The position numbers and the translations under genes were made by a program. 64,000 bases of DNA from Nageia nagi (taxonomy: Eukaryota; Plantae; Pinophyta), in contig JBITNC010000002.1 in assembly GCA_050084985.1 (NCBI GenBank), positions 3,286,001 to 3,350,000 on the forward strand, written 5' to 3'. Within the stretch, counting starts at the first letter, position 1; each line of letters starts with the position of its first letter. This document shows, in pieces, positions 50,401 to 62,250 of the stretch. The notes beneath the pieces were generated by a model. The model ran no database searches. It worked only from the letters and a program-made list of their open reading frames with translations, and was not told where the DNA came from.

Positions 50401-50716
50401 CTTTTTGATGTCACAATGCTTTCCTAGCTCGTAACACAGCTCAGGGAAGGTGGTGGTGAATGGCACCATAGAAGCTGTTACTAGTAAGGAGGTTTTCAAA
50501 GTGTCCTTCACTAGTGAAGATGGATCCAATGCTTGTATTTTCATTAAAGTTTTTATTGGATCGAAGGAGTTACAATTTGTCCCCGATCTCGCTCGGCTGG
50601 TCAATGATTCTTGCGGCAGGCATCACTGGCTCTGTTGTGTGTTCGAGTGTGATGAGACTGTCCATTGTGAGCCTTTTCTGCTTCCTGTCTTTGATGTTCT
50701 GAGCGACTAACACCAT
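47457..50716 (-). pseudogene. Accessory ORF of copy D, ~1085 codons with a few stops/frameshifts; unknown function
   Basis: ORF-track pieces 50125-50604, 49330-49890, 48406-49053 and 47457-48458 are collinear and share motifs with copies A/B (FPELCYE, MDFSEEGIENVFAW, YASDRTILMEF, HYDPDGVI). No gag, PR, RT, RH or IN motif seen. Confidence 0.8.
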
Positions 50717-51949
50717 TGTGTTCTGTGTCAGAAAACAACAAGAGCTAGAAGAGTCTTGGGAAGCTTATGACACTTTCTAGGCAAGCAAAGAGGGGTTTTT
50801 GAAAAATTTAGATTTTTTGGCGTTTTTCACTCTAAGTGTGCCATCATCGAAAAGTGTTGTAATTTAGGGATGACACAAAGGTAACTAGCTCAAAGGGGGA
50901 TGCCTTGGCAAAAAATTAGGATGTTTGGAGAATTTTCAACTTTTTTCTCAAAAAAGCTGACTTTTTTAATAGGAAAAAGTGGTGAAATTGGCAAACGGTG
51001 CTGGAATCAAGTTTCAACACCTTGGATGGGAAATGAGTGGAGAAGGTGTTTTAAACTTTGAAATGGCTAAAAGGGACTTCAAAAACAATTTTTGGAGTTT
51101 TTGGAATTTTTTGTCAAGAAATGAGGATTTTGAGCACTTAGATCTTGGATCATATGTTATTTTTTTTGTTGAAATTAGAAGTTGATCACATGGATAAAGG
51201 GTATTCAAAAAAGTGATCAAACTTGAGATCTGGAAAAATAAATTATCAAGTGTTTGAGTGTTGGGAAAATGGGGTTTTGGTGAAAAAATCCTCAAAACTT
51301 GAAAAAAAGAAGTTCATGTGAATGCAGGATGCTTGGATTTCGAATTTTAAAGGAGTTTGGGTGAATAGAAATGGTGCTAAGTGTTCAAAAATATCCTTCA
51401 AGACTGAACGTTGACTTTCTTTCTCACTTGGCTCCCAAATTCTGAAAACTTTGGGCAGCATAAGGGTGCAAAAATGAGAGTGGTGAAAAATGGAGGGGGT
51501 ATGGCTGTATTTATAGGCTCAAGGGGTCAAAAGGTGCCACATGTCAACACCTCATCAACCCTAGAGCTCCAAACTTGCATTTTGGACCTTTCTTCCTCCT
51601 TGCCAACGTTGGGAAACATGGAAAAAAGGCCAAACCTACGCCTAAGTGTGGAAGGAGCAGATTTGGTGCAATGTGGGGGGTCTTGGAAGCAATAATGATG
51701 GCCTTTGGATGCTCTTCAACCTCCATGTTTCAAATTTGGATTTCAAATTTTGAGATTTTTGTGGAAAAATCCAAATTTTTTGAGTTTTCTCAGCCTTTGA
51801 ATCCCTTTTGAATGCAAAAAGGTGGTTTTTGGGAGTTTGTATGGGCCAAAAGGCACAAATGATAGGTCAAAATGGTGGTAGAATCACACCACCTATCTCA
51901 TAGAGGCAAAAAATTGCAATTTTGGACAATTTTAGGGGTCAAGGAGGCC

Positions 51950-53330
51950 AGGCGCAGGTTTTAGGAGTTTAGGCAAGTTTTGAAAAAATGGAAAAATGGG
52001 GAAAACTTGCAAAATTGCCGCCTAACTTTTTGAGGGGCTAAACTTGATTTTTTTGCAACATTACAAGGGGCAATGTTGATCTCCTTTGAATTTGACACCC
52101 TACCTTTCTTTCCAATTTTGATTTTGAGGATTTTTGAAAAACTTGGAAAATTTTCAAGCTCTCCCATTGGCTGATCCAAATTTTGTCATTTTGGGGGAGT
52201 AGATCCACTTTTTAAAAAAAACTTAAAACATGAATGATGTGCAAAATTGGATTTCCCATGCTCCTAGGATCAATGTTTTTGAATTTTGAGCAAAAATGAC
52301 CCTTTGAGTGCTAGGCACAGGTTTTGAGGGTCTTCGCATGTTTCGGAAAAATTGGAAAGTGGGGGAAAAGAGGCAAAACTGCCGCCTAGGTTTTTGGAGG
52401 GGAAAAATTAGTTTTTTTGCAACATTGCAAGAGGCAATGTTGCTCTCCTTTGAATTTTGCACCTTAACTCACTCTGCTTTTTTGATTTGGCCAATTTTGG
52501 AAAATTTGGGAAATTTTTGGAGCTCTCTCATTCGCCAATCGAATTTTGATGATTTGAGGAAGTAGATCTCATTTTTTTCGAAAACTCAAATCATCAATCT
52601 TGTGTGAAATCCCATCCTACACCCCATGAAGATCAAAAATTTTGATTTTTTGGAATTTGGAATTTTGGGGCACAAGAAGGGTAGGCGCAGGTTTTGAGGC
52701 TTTTGGGGTGTGTTGGAAAATTGAGAAAATGAGGGAAAACACCCAAAACCAGCTCCTAACTCTAGGAGAGACAAAAATTGTCCAATTTTGAAAATTCCAA
52801 GAGGAAAGGTGCCTAATTTTTGATTTGTCACCCTACCTCTTTCTTAGATTTTCATTTTGACACTTTTGGAATTTTTGAAATTTTGGAGCACCCCTATTGG
52901 CTGTCCTTTTACTCATTTTCCCATTTTTTCACTTTCGGTGGAGCAAAACTTGTCGAAATTGTGAACTTGAAAGACCAATTTGATGTAGAATTGCGATCCC
53001 CACACTCTTGAGCTCAAAAATTGCCATTTCGGATCAATTTGGGCCTTCCAAAAGGTAGGCGCAGGTTTTGAAGAGAATAGGCCATTTTTTGAAATTAGAC
53101 TAAGTGAGGGAAAACTTGCAAAACTCCCCCCCTAACTTTTCAGGGGTCAAATATCAAGTTTTTTCGGTATTTCCAAGAGTAAAGTGGCCTTAATTTGTCA
53201 TTTGGCACCACACCTCTCTCTCGGGTTTTCATTTCGAGCATTTTGAAAAAACTCATTTTTCTGAGCTCAACCTGAAGCTTCTTGAATGCCAAAACGCCTA
53301 TTTTTTGATTTTGGCCTTCAAGGGCGCTCA
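51950..53330. repeat. About four ~365-bp tandem units in copy D, each opening with GGCGCAGGTTTT...AAAA(C/T)TGC inverted arms
   Basis: aggc(g/a)caggtttt at ~51950, 52313, 52683 and 53057. Reverse arm caaaa(t/c)tgccgcct at ~52011 and 52374. Confidence 0.8.
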
Positions 53331-54178
53331 AACTTGCTTTCCTCTTTCATTTCGGGCTATATTGCACATTCCTAACTTTTCCTATCTTTTACGGGCCCAA
53401 ACGATGCATCTTTGGCCATTTCCGACATTTTCGGGCTCTAAATATGCATTTTGACCATTTCCGGACCTTTTCAAGGTCAAAGGGTGAAAAAATGATCATT
53501 TTCGACATTTCCGTCATTTTGAGCTTAAAGTCTACATTTCTGGTCTTTTCGGGCTCTTCCTAGCACTTTGAGCTCAGTCTTGCAATTTTGGTCATTTTCA
53601 GGCTCAAACCGTGCAAAAATGCACATTTTTACTATACTGACCACTTCCGAGCTCAAAATTGACCAAAACGCACTTTTCCGTGCTACTGACCATTTTCTGG
53701 CTCTTCGGGCTCAAAATTTACAAAAATGCACTTTTTGGTTGTAGAAGCCTTTTCCGGGCTCAATTTGTACAAAATGCGCATTTTCTTCATCTTAACTGTA
53801 TCCACTGCTCCCGGGCTCAAACCTGATAAAAAATGCACCTTTTGTCGCCTTGGCACCTTTGTTGCTCAAACTTTGCCAAAATGACGTCTTTTCTATCCTG
53901 GTGGCCATTCTTCGAAATTCCACTATCTGGTTGCTGTCGTGATCCACAACTCCATCCTGTGAGATGGTACTTGACCGGGCCTTGACTTGGCCGTTGGGTG
54001 AGCCGAACTCTATTCATGACTCTAGGGCATGCTCGTCTGCTACTTTGATCATCTAGCCATTCTGGGTCTCCATACTAACCGTAAGTTGATCATGCCCAGG
54101 CAATGTTGCTCATTGCCGTTTGCAAAAAATTAGGTCCCCAAAATGCTACATCTTGGGGTGTGTTGTGCGGTCACAACA

Positions 54179-55260
54179 TGTTCTTGATCCTTAAAAGCAC
54201 TAATCAAGCTCTACTACAAGTTCATTGAAGAAAGACTTTATTTATTGTTGATGTGGGTGTCATGGCCAACAGCTGTCCCTATTCTAGAATTCATTGAACA
54301 AGATTGTGATTATTGAGGCATTGAAATGAGGACCTCTATTAGTAAATATTAGTGGGATGTAGTGGATTCTGGTTATGATGAGCCAACAAATCGACACATT
54401 ATTCCTCAAAATGAATGGAAAGCTAAGAAGGATGCAAGAAGAAAAACCTTTTGGTGATGTACCACATTCAATCAGCTCTTCATAAGAGCTTATTTCCACA
54501 AATTGTTGATCCAAAATCAACGAAGGATGCTTGGAATTCTCTAAAAGAGGCTTTCCAAGGCAATGATCAAGTAAAGGTTGTTGAGTTACAAATATAAAAA
54601 AGAGAGTTTAAGAATCTAAGAATGCAAGAATTGGAGTTTGTGAGTGGGTATTGTGTTGTTAAAGATGAGGTCACTAAAATTTCCATTCTAGGAGAAAGAT
54701 TGGAAAAGGAGGTTGTTGTGAAGAAAGTTTTGAGAAAACACCTAGGTGGAACTATGTAGCCATAATTATTCAAAGAGTGTGCTGAGCAAGATTTTACCTA
54801 GGTGTTATGCATGGAGGGCTTCACGTTCAATCCAGCTTGTTCATTCCAATATTTGTGGTACTATGCAAATTGAAAGCGTGGGTAAATGCTCTTATTTCAT
54901 TGCTTACATTGATGATTTCTTTAGAAAATATCAGGTTCAGGTTTTGAAGAATAAAGGTGATGCATTGAGTTTGTTCAAGACTTTTAAAGCTTATGTGGAG
55001 CATGAAGTTAATCTAGATCAAGTCTTTGAGGACTAACTAGGGCGGAGTATTGTTCTAACTCGTAAGAAGTTCAAACAGTTTTGTCATGACAATGACATCA
55101 AGAGCCGACTGTTGTTGAAATGACAAGGAGCATACTTCAAAGTTAGGGGTTAAACAATTCCTATTGGACTGATGCAGTTGCTATAGCAGTCTATATTGTC
55201 AATAAGAGTCCAACAAGTGTTCTAAAGAATATTCTTATTGAAGCATCGCATGGAACGAAG
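54179..55260 (+). pseudogene. Decayed Ty1/Copia gag and integrase relic
   Basis: DAWNSLKEAFQGNDQVKVVELQI*KREFKNLRMQE (UBN2-type gag) and QLVHSNICGTMQIESVGKCSYFIAYIDDF (integrase core). Confidence 0.85.
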
Positions 55261-57631
55261 CAAAATGTTTTTGCCATATGACCCATTTCACGAATGTTTT
55301 TTTTTTTAAATTGTTCAAACACAAAAAATACATGCCAGAATCAGCATTTTGATTGCCATGTTTTAGCTATCTTCCATCTGGATTTAAGTATCTCAGTGAA
55401 TATGTAGTTTTAGACTAGTTTTGAAAAGTATTTTATTTTTTTATTTATGTATTTATTATTCTCTACAATTCTGAAGTTGTGAAAATGTGATAGATGTATA
55501 CAAAGATTAACATAGTAGAAATAAAAAAATAGAACATAGCCGAAATGAACTTATAATTTTAAAAGATTAATGATATAGACTCACAAGTACTCTTACATAT
55601 ACAGTTACTAAAAAACTGAAAAACATATGCTTCTGAATTGTCAAGACATAACCCTTGGGTTTTCATTTTTTAGTAATGTATACATTTGAACTACTAACTT
55701 CTTCTACATAACTAGATATTTACATCTACTTAAGTAGTTTCAAAATTGATGTGCCTTGGCCATGGTGTTGTGCCTCAAACTCATCTAGGATTTGGAGGGC
55801 CTATTTTGACATGTACTCGAACTTGGTGAGAAAAGTCAGCAAAAATTCATTAGAGAGTTGATAAATTATATACTATAGTAATTTAAAAAAAGAGATGCTA
55901 ACTCTTTACAATCATCAAACAAATTCACATTAATAAAATAAAACATTAACCAAATTAGCATCAAACAAATTCACATTAATAAAATACAACATTAACCAAA
56001 TTAACATTATTGGTTTATTCAATATTGGCATCTTTTTGTTTTGTTATTTCACACATTAGACAAATATAGACTTGTAAGGACCCAAACAAACCCTCAAGTG
56101 CAAATCGGCAGATTTCAACCAATATACCCTGACGTCAGGCCTAGGGCATCAACAACAAGCATCCAAACCCTCAACATGGCAACATTAGGGTTAGGGCATC
56201 CACATGAAGTATTAACAATGCAAATATGCCAACCTCTAAGCTAGGGTTACAAGATCAAGCATTATCAACATCCTTATGCCAATGTCTGGCTAATACAAGC
56301 ATACATCAATGAATATCACCTCACAATGCCAACATCTGACTCATACATGCATAAACAGGAAAGCACACCACAACATTGCAATAGTGAACACAACAACAAC
56401 ACAATATAAGACCCAATCCCCCAACGAATCTAGATATGATATAGAATGATAGCAATACAATACCAAGCTGAAGAGGGCTGACGTTGGCCTCCAAGGAGCC
56501 AACTAGGGCACAATATGCAAGTCTCTCACTGTTGGAACAATATTGGAACCATGGGACAATAAGCTTCCTCAGAATCTGGATCCTCTCCACCAAAGGAGCC
56601 CCCTCAAACCCTGGCTAACCCCTGAAGGTAGAAGCAATACCTTGGAATACCATAGGGTGGGCAAGTGCACTGCGCCAATGCCGTAGACAGTCAGGATCCC
56701 TTAGCATGAAAGCCCTCCTAGATGTTGCACCTAGGGGATATGCTTAGCACTGCTAAGTCTTCTTGTCCTCTGGACAAGATGAAGTATAATGATAATCAGG
56801 TATATTCAACAATGAGGCTCCAATGTCCTTGTTTAACACTTGGCTGGATTTGGATCTCCCCTAGGAATCATTTCTAGCTCCTCTAATCCAATGTTAGCCT
56901 CTTGGAGGGCCCAAGGAGCCCTCCTCAAACCGTAGCTAACCACTGAAGGTAGAAGCAATACCTTAGAATACCATCGGGTGGGCAAGGGCGCTACGCCAAT
57001 GCCGTAGACAATCATGATCCCTCAGCATGAAAGCCCTCCTAGATGCTGCACCTAGGGGATATGCTTAGCACTGCTAAGTCTTCTTGTCCTCTGGACGATA
57101 TGAAGTATAATGATAATCAAGTATATCCAACAATGAGGCTTTAATGTCCTTTTATAACACTTGGATGGATCTGGATCTCACCTAGGAATCATTCCCAGCT
57201 CCTCTAATCCAACGTTAGCCTCTTGGAGGGCCCAGAATGCCCAGCGTGGGTGCCTAGGGGTCAAGCATGCCAAAGTGGGGGCCTTGAGGGTCATAAGTAA
57301 CAACGTGGAGGACTGGAGTGCCACGCATGCCTAACGTGGGTCTGGGAGCCATGCGTGGGGGGCTAGGTGTCATCATGGGCCAACGTGGGGGTCTAGTAGT
57401 GTCCCTAAGGATGGCACATGTACATAAGTTCTCATCCCATCTCCTAAGTGCTAAATGGACCTCGGGATTCCCATAATCATGATCGGGATCTCTAAGTACA
57501 CTAAAACACCTATTATATGCTTGGGAGGAAGACGTCCTCCTTGGGGCTCACAATGGGATCCATTGACCCATTAAATTTTCTATCCAAAGTATTAATTTAA
57601 AATACAATGCAATTACAAAAGGGACATTACA

Positions 57632-57645
57632 AAGCCTCCCATCTT
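57632..57645 (-). promoter_or_regulatory. Polypurine tract
   Basis: AAGATGGGAGGCTT on the minus strand abutting the 3' LTR. Confidence 0.75.
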
Positions 57646-60600
57646 GAGATTGCTTGCCCTCAAGCAATTACAATATAATCCATGTACCAAACCCACCTCA
57701 AAGAATATAATCCATCATGCTCAAGTGAAGAAATAATATCAACTATGCATTCAACCAACTCAACCTCAAGAATGTGTACAAGAGCCCTCAAAACTGAACT
57801 AGGATACTCAAAGTGAGGCAAAGCCCACACCTCAACATGCATGCCAACATCTGTTATGCAAGCAACCATCAATCTACGAGGGTATAAAACCTTCCTCATG
57901 AGCCCAAGGTCACCAAACAGGTCTGAAAAACCAGCAGTCTTCCTATATCCTAATGCTATCCATGATGAGCACAAAATGGAGCTTAAACTTGGGTTGGCAA
58001 TCCCCGCAACTGTTGCTGAATTTTCCTCATGCAACACAATGTTCAAATCATGCACTGTGGAGCAAGAATGTGTTCTAATGAACATTCAATTAGCAGTAAA
58101 CATTTCCCTCCAAAAATCAGCAAGTGTGTGATACTCAGGGCTGAAATCAACATGCAATGGCTCAAAATCAGTCCTCAATTACTTCCCAATCAATGTGCAA
58201 ACATGTGTTGATAGTTAGCAAAATGGTTGCCAATGTAGGGTCTTCAAGTGGTGTGAAGAATGCCATCAAAGGGGTTCCCCTTTGTGTATTATCACCAGCC
58301 AACAAATCAGTCCCCGTTCTTCCTAGTCTTGCGTACAGACATGTCATAACAGTTCTCCCTTTGGTCACAAGATCGGCCAATGTCTCATTCTTGAGAGTTT
58401 TCCCTAACTGTATGTAACAATCTTTATTAGCAGCAGCCAATGCACCAATGTATGCAGTCCACAGTATATAGGAAACAACTCCTACTGTAGACAAGGAAGT
58501 TGCCCACATTGATTCTTCAAATTTACCCCCACATGGTACAAGGAAAGTTATCCATGGGGTCTTCAACTGTAACAATTCAATCCCTGATATGCCAACAATG
58601 AGCCAATCAAAGTCTCTTATCATCACCAACCAGTCATCAAATAATGCATCAACAATGAGTATAACGACAGCAGATATTCTTTGATCAATGGCAGCCCCTA
58701 TCAGGTGAAAAACAGTTTTGAAATTATGTTCGATTGATGCAATAACGGTCCTACTGTTAACAACAAATAAGTTGTCTTCCCATGCTTGGACGTTTCCTCC
58801 AAAATTGTTATAAAAGGATGCAAGAACAGTGAACTATCAGCAACAGTTCCTTCAACTATCACAACATCAAATGTAGTTCTAAATATAAGGTTGGCATTTC
58901 TCAAAACACCTCTCAGGAGGGTTACAACAGCAGTCAGAACAATACTAATTGCAGCCTTTAATAGGTGAGAAACAGTCTTCACAATGTTGCTCGAAAATGC
59001 CATAGCAGTCTCCCCATCAACTGCCTCTAGTATGCTGATAAATGCAGCCCCTAAACTGTCAACAAATGCAGCCTTGCTCATGTGAACAGCATCTTCAAAA
59101 TCATCAAGTGTATCAGTCCCATGTATGAAAACATCAGTCTTTGCTCCTTCTCCACTTGCAACAGCCATAACATCATCAAATGCAGCCCATGATGAGTGAA
59201 CAGCAGCCTCAAATGCAACCCTTATTTTATCAGTCAACATACCATCATACGTAGCCCATAATTCAGTCATTTTCATCTATGAGATATGATGAAATAAAAA
59301 TGCCCAATCAAGGTCTGAAGTATGCACTTTGTTGGCAGCCCCTAGTGTCATGTTAAATGTGACAGCCCCTAGTGTCATGTTAAATGTGACCGGAATATTG
59401 TTGAAACTATAACAACAGTGCTTCCAACAATGGCAACTGATAATACTATGATCACTCTCATTATGACAATGTCAAAGCCCTTGTCTCCCAAAACGAAATC
59501 AGAAATCAACAAGACTGAACGGACGGACCATGCATACCTCCAACACCTCGTAATCTTTTGGAACACAACATTCCATACTCATGGCTGCAAGTGTCTTCTT
59601 ATGGACTGAAACTGTAAGAAAAAAACCTCCAATGGGTATGCAAGTCATGTAGCGATCAACAATCTGTTGTTGTTCATGCTAAAAACAAGATTAGTAATCA
59701 ACAAAACAGAATTAAAGAACAAGTCATACCTTCCCAAGGCAAGATGCTCATTCTCCAAGCTTAGATCCCTACGGATCCATGGGGCCAAACCCCTCCAAGA
59801 GTCTAGACTCACGAATCTCTCTTGAAGGGTGAGAGATGATCCCATAACCTTATACAATGTCGTCATGTTCTTCTTATAGGCTGGTACTGCAACAGAGAAG
59901 CCTTCAATTTCCTCCATCTCCTCACCATACTTGGGTACCCAAACACCCGAATCCCATGGAGCTAGAAGATTATTGCAATTTACATGAAGAGTTGGATTTT
60001 CCCACATATCACACTTTGAAACTAAAGGCATGAAACTAGTATGTGCATACTCACAAGCTGACTCATTTAGTGATACAATGATTTCTGATTTTTCAAGATC
60101 TGAAATAGCATTCTCTTCTTTGCAATCTTTATGTTCCTCACTATTATTTATGGAAACCAAATCTGAAACAACAATGGCTCTTTCCTCTTTCTGTCTGATA
60201 TTATTACTTTCAACCACATCATGTAAAATTTCTGAATTACTGTCATAGAAATCAGAATTGCTTTCATACCTTTTTGGGGTGTCAACATGGCTGATCCAAG
60301 ATTCTTCCTTTGCCAATTCTTCTTCTTGTCCAACGTTGGGTGCCAAGCCTTCTTTATGTCCAACATGGGGTGTCAGACTTCCTTTATGCCCAATGTGTGA
60401 TACCAAGACTTCTTGTCTATCCTCACCATCAATTCTAGGAATCTTATCAATCCCCCTTGATTCCCTTGAAGTTCTTCCTTGGCATTTTTGCGGCCATGGT
60501 GGAGACGAACATGATGGTGGAGAATGTTGAATTCTTCTTTTTACATGAAGAGTGTCTTGAGATCTGAAATCTTCTTTGGATCTGATGTCATTTTCTCCAC

Positions 60601-61001
60601 ACTCTCTCATACAGCTAGATCAAAGTGATCTAGGGCGGGTGTAAACCCCAACGCCTCTTCTTGAGGATTTTCTTTAGAGAAATGTGTCTAACTCCTCGGT
60701 ACATTGTTGCATCTGTGTGGTCAAAGATCTACAAAGATGTATGAGCTAATCATACTTCTCTGTTTCTCTCCATGTTGCCATAGTCTTCAAAACCCTAACT
60801 CAAAAACCTAAAACCTTCATATTAAATTTTTCTAATTAGCCAGGATGATAGATCAATACTTTTTATACTTGGAAATAGCCCTTAGATTTGCAGATATATT
60901 CTCCAAACCCTGAAACTAGCCTTTTAAGTGCAGGACCTCCCAATCTACTAGTTCAATTTGCTTCTATCTAGATCTTAACCTCACAAGTTGGCCAGATCCA
61001 A

Positions 61002-61013
61002 GCTCTGAAACCA
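61002..61013 (-). promoter_or_regulatory. Primer binding site (tRNA-iMet type)
   Basis: TGGTTTCAGAGC on the minus strand, one mismatch to TGGTATCAGAGC, 1 bp from the LTR. Confidence 0.85.
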
Positions 61014-62250
61014 CTGTAAGGATCCAAACAAACCCTCAAGTGCAAATCGATAGATTTCAATCAATATACCCTTGATGTCAGGCCTAGGGCATCAACAACA
61101 AGCATACAAATCCTCAACATGGCAACGCTAGGGTTAGGGAATCCACATGAAGTATTAATAATGCAAATATGCCAAAGTCTAAGCTAGGACTACAAGATCA
61201 AGCATTATCAACATCCTTATGCCAATGTCTGGCCAATACAAGCATACATCAATGAATATCATCTCACAATGCCAACGTCTAGCTCATACATGCATAAATA
61301 GGAAAGCACACCACAACGTTGCAATAGTGAACACAATAACACAATATGAGATCCAATTGCCCAACGGCTGTAGATATGATATAGAATGATAGCAATACAA
61401 TACCAAGCCCAAGAGGGTTGACGTTGGCCTCCAAGGAGCCAACTAAGGCACAATATGCAAGTCTCTCACTGCTGGAACAATATCGGAACCATGGGACAAT
61501 ACGCTCTCTTAGAATCTGAATCCTCTCTATTGAAGGAGCCCTCCTCAAACCGTAGCTAACCACTGAAGGTAGAAGCAATACCTTAGAATACCATCGGGTG
61601 GGCAAGGGCGCTACGCCAATGCCGTAGACAATCATGATCCCTCAGCATGAAAGCCCTCCTAGATGCTGCACCTAGGGGATATGCTTAGCACTGCTAAGTC
61701 TTCTTGTCCTCTGGACGATATGAAGTATAATGATAATCAAGTATATCCAACAATGAGGCTTTAATGTCCTTTTATAACACTTGGATGGATCTGGATCTCA
61801 CCTAGGAATCATTCCCAGCTCCTCTAATCCAACGTTAGCCTCTTGGAGGGCCCAAAATGCCCAGCGTGGGTGCCTAGGGGTCAAGCATGCCAAAGTGGGG
61901 GCCTTGAGGGTCATAAGTGACAACGTGGAGGACTGGAGTGGCAAGCATGCCTAACGTGGGTCTGGGAGCCATGCATGGGGGCTAGGTGTCATCATGGGCC
62001 AACGTGGGGGTCTAGTAGTGTCCCTAAGGGTGGCGCATGTACATAAGTGCTCATCCCATCTCTTAAGTGCTAAATGGACCTTGGGATTCCCACAATCATG
62101 ATCGAGATCTCCAAGTACACTAAAACACCTATTCTATGCTTGGGAGGAAGATGTCCCACTTGGAGCTCACAGTGGGGTCCATTGACCCATTGAATCTTCT
62201 ATCCCAAGTATTAATTTAAAGTACAATGCAATTACAAAAGAGACATTACA

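Larger units (their letters stand above)
46098..54178 (-). mobile_element. Giant ORF-bearing LTR-like unit, copy D (~8.1 kb; most complete copy)
   Basis: Minus strand starts TGTTGTGACCGCACAACACACCCC at 54178. Other end TGTTTGTGAAGG at ~46098. TSD not clean (tatgt vs overlapping catgt). Flanked by Copia-like relic sequence. Confidence 0.8.
56073..62250 (-). mobile_element. Paired-LTR non-autonomous retrotransposon (LARD-like, probably Ty3/Gypsy-derived), 6178 bp
   Basis: LTRs 61015-62250 (5') and 56073-57631 (3'), both TGTAAGG...CATTACA on the + strand. Perfect TSD AGACT. PBS and PPT present, no RT/RH/IN core. Confidence 0.93.

Noticed and set aside
55270-56030. Small DNA transposon with a ~46-bp tandem duplication at ~55913-56007
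   Set aside because: No convincing TIR or TSD could be defined.
58168-59566. env-like gene in the paired-LTR element
   Set aside because: Only hydrophobicity supports it. No recognisable env motif, and the frames are broken.
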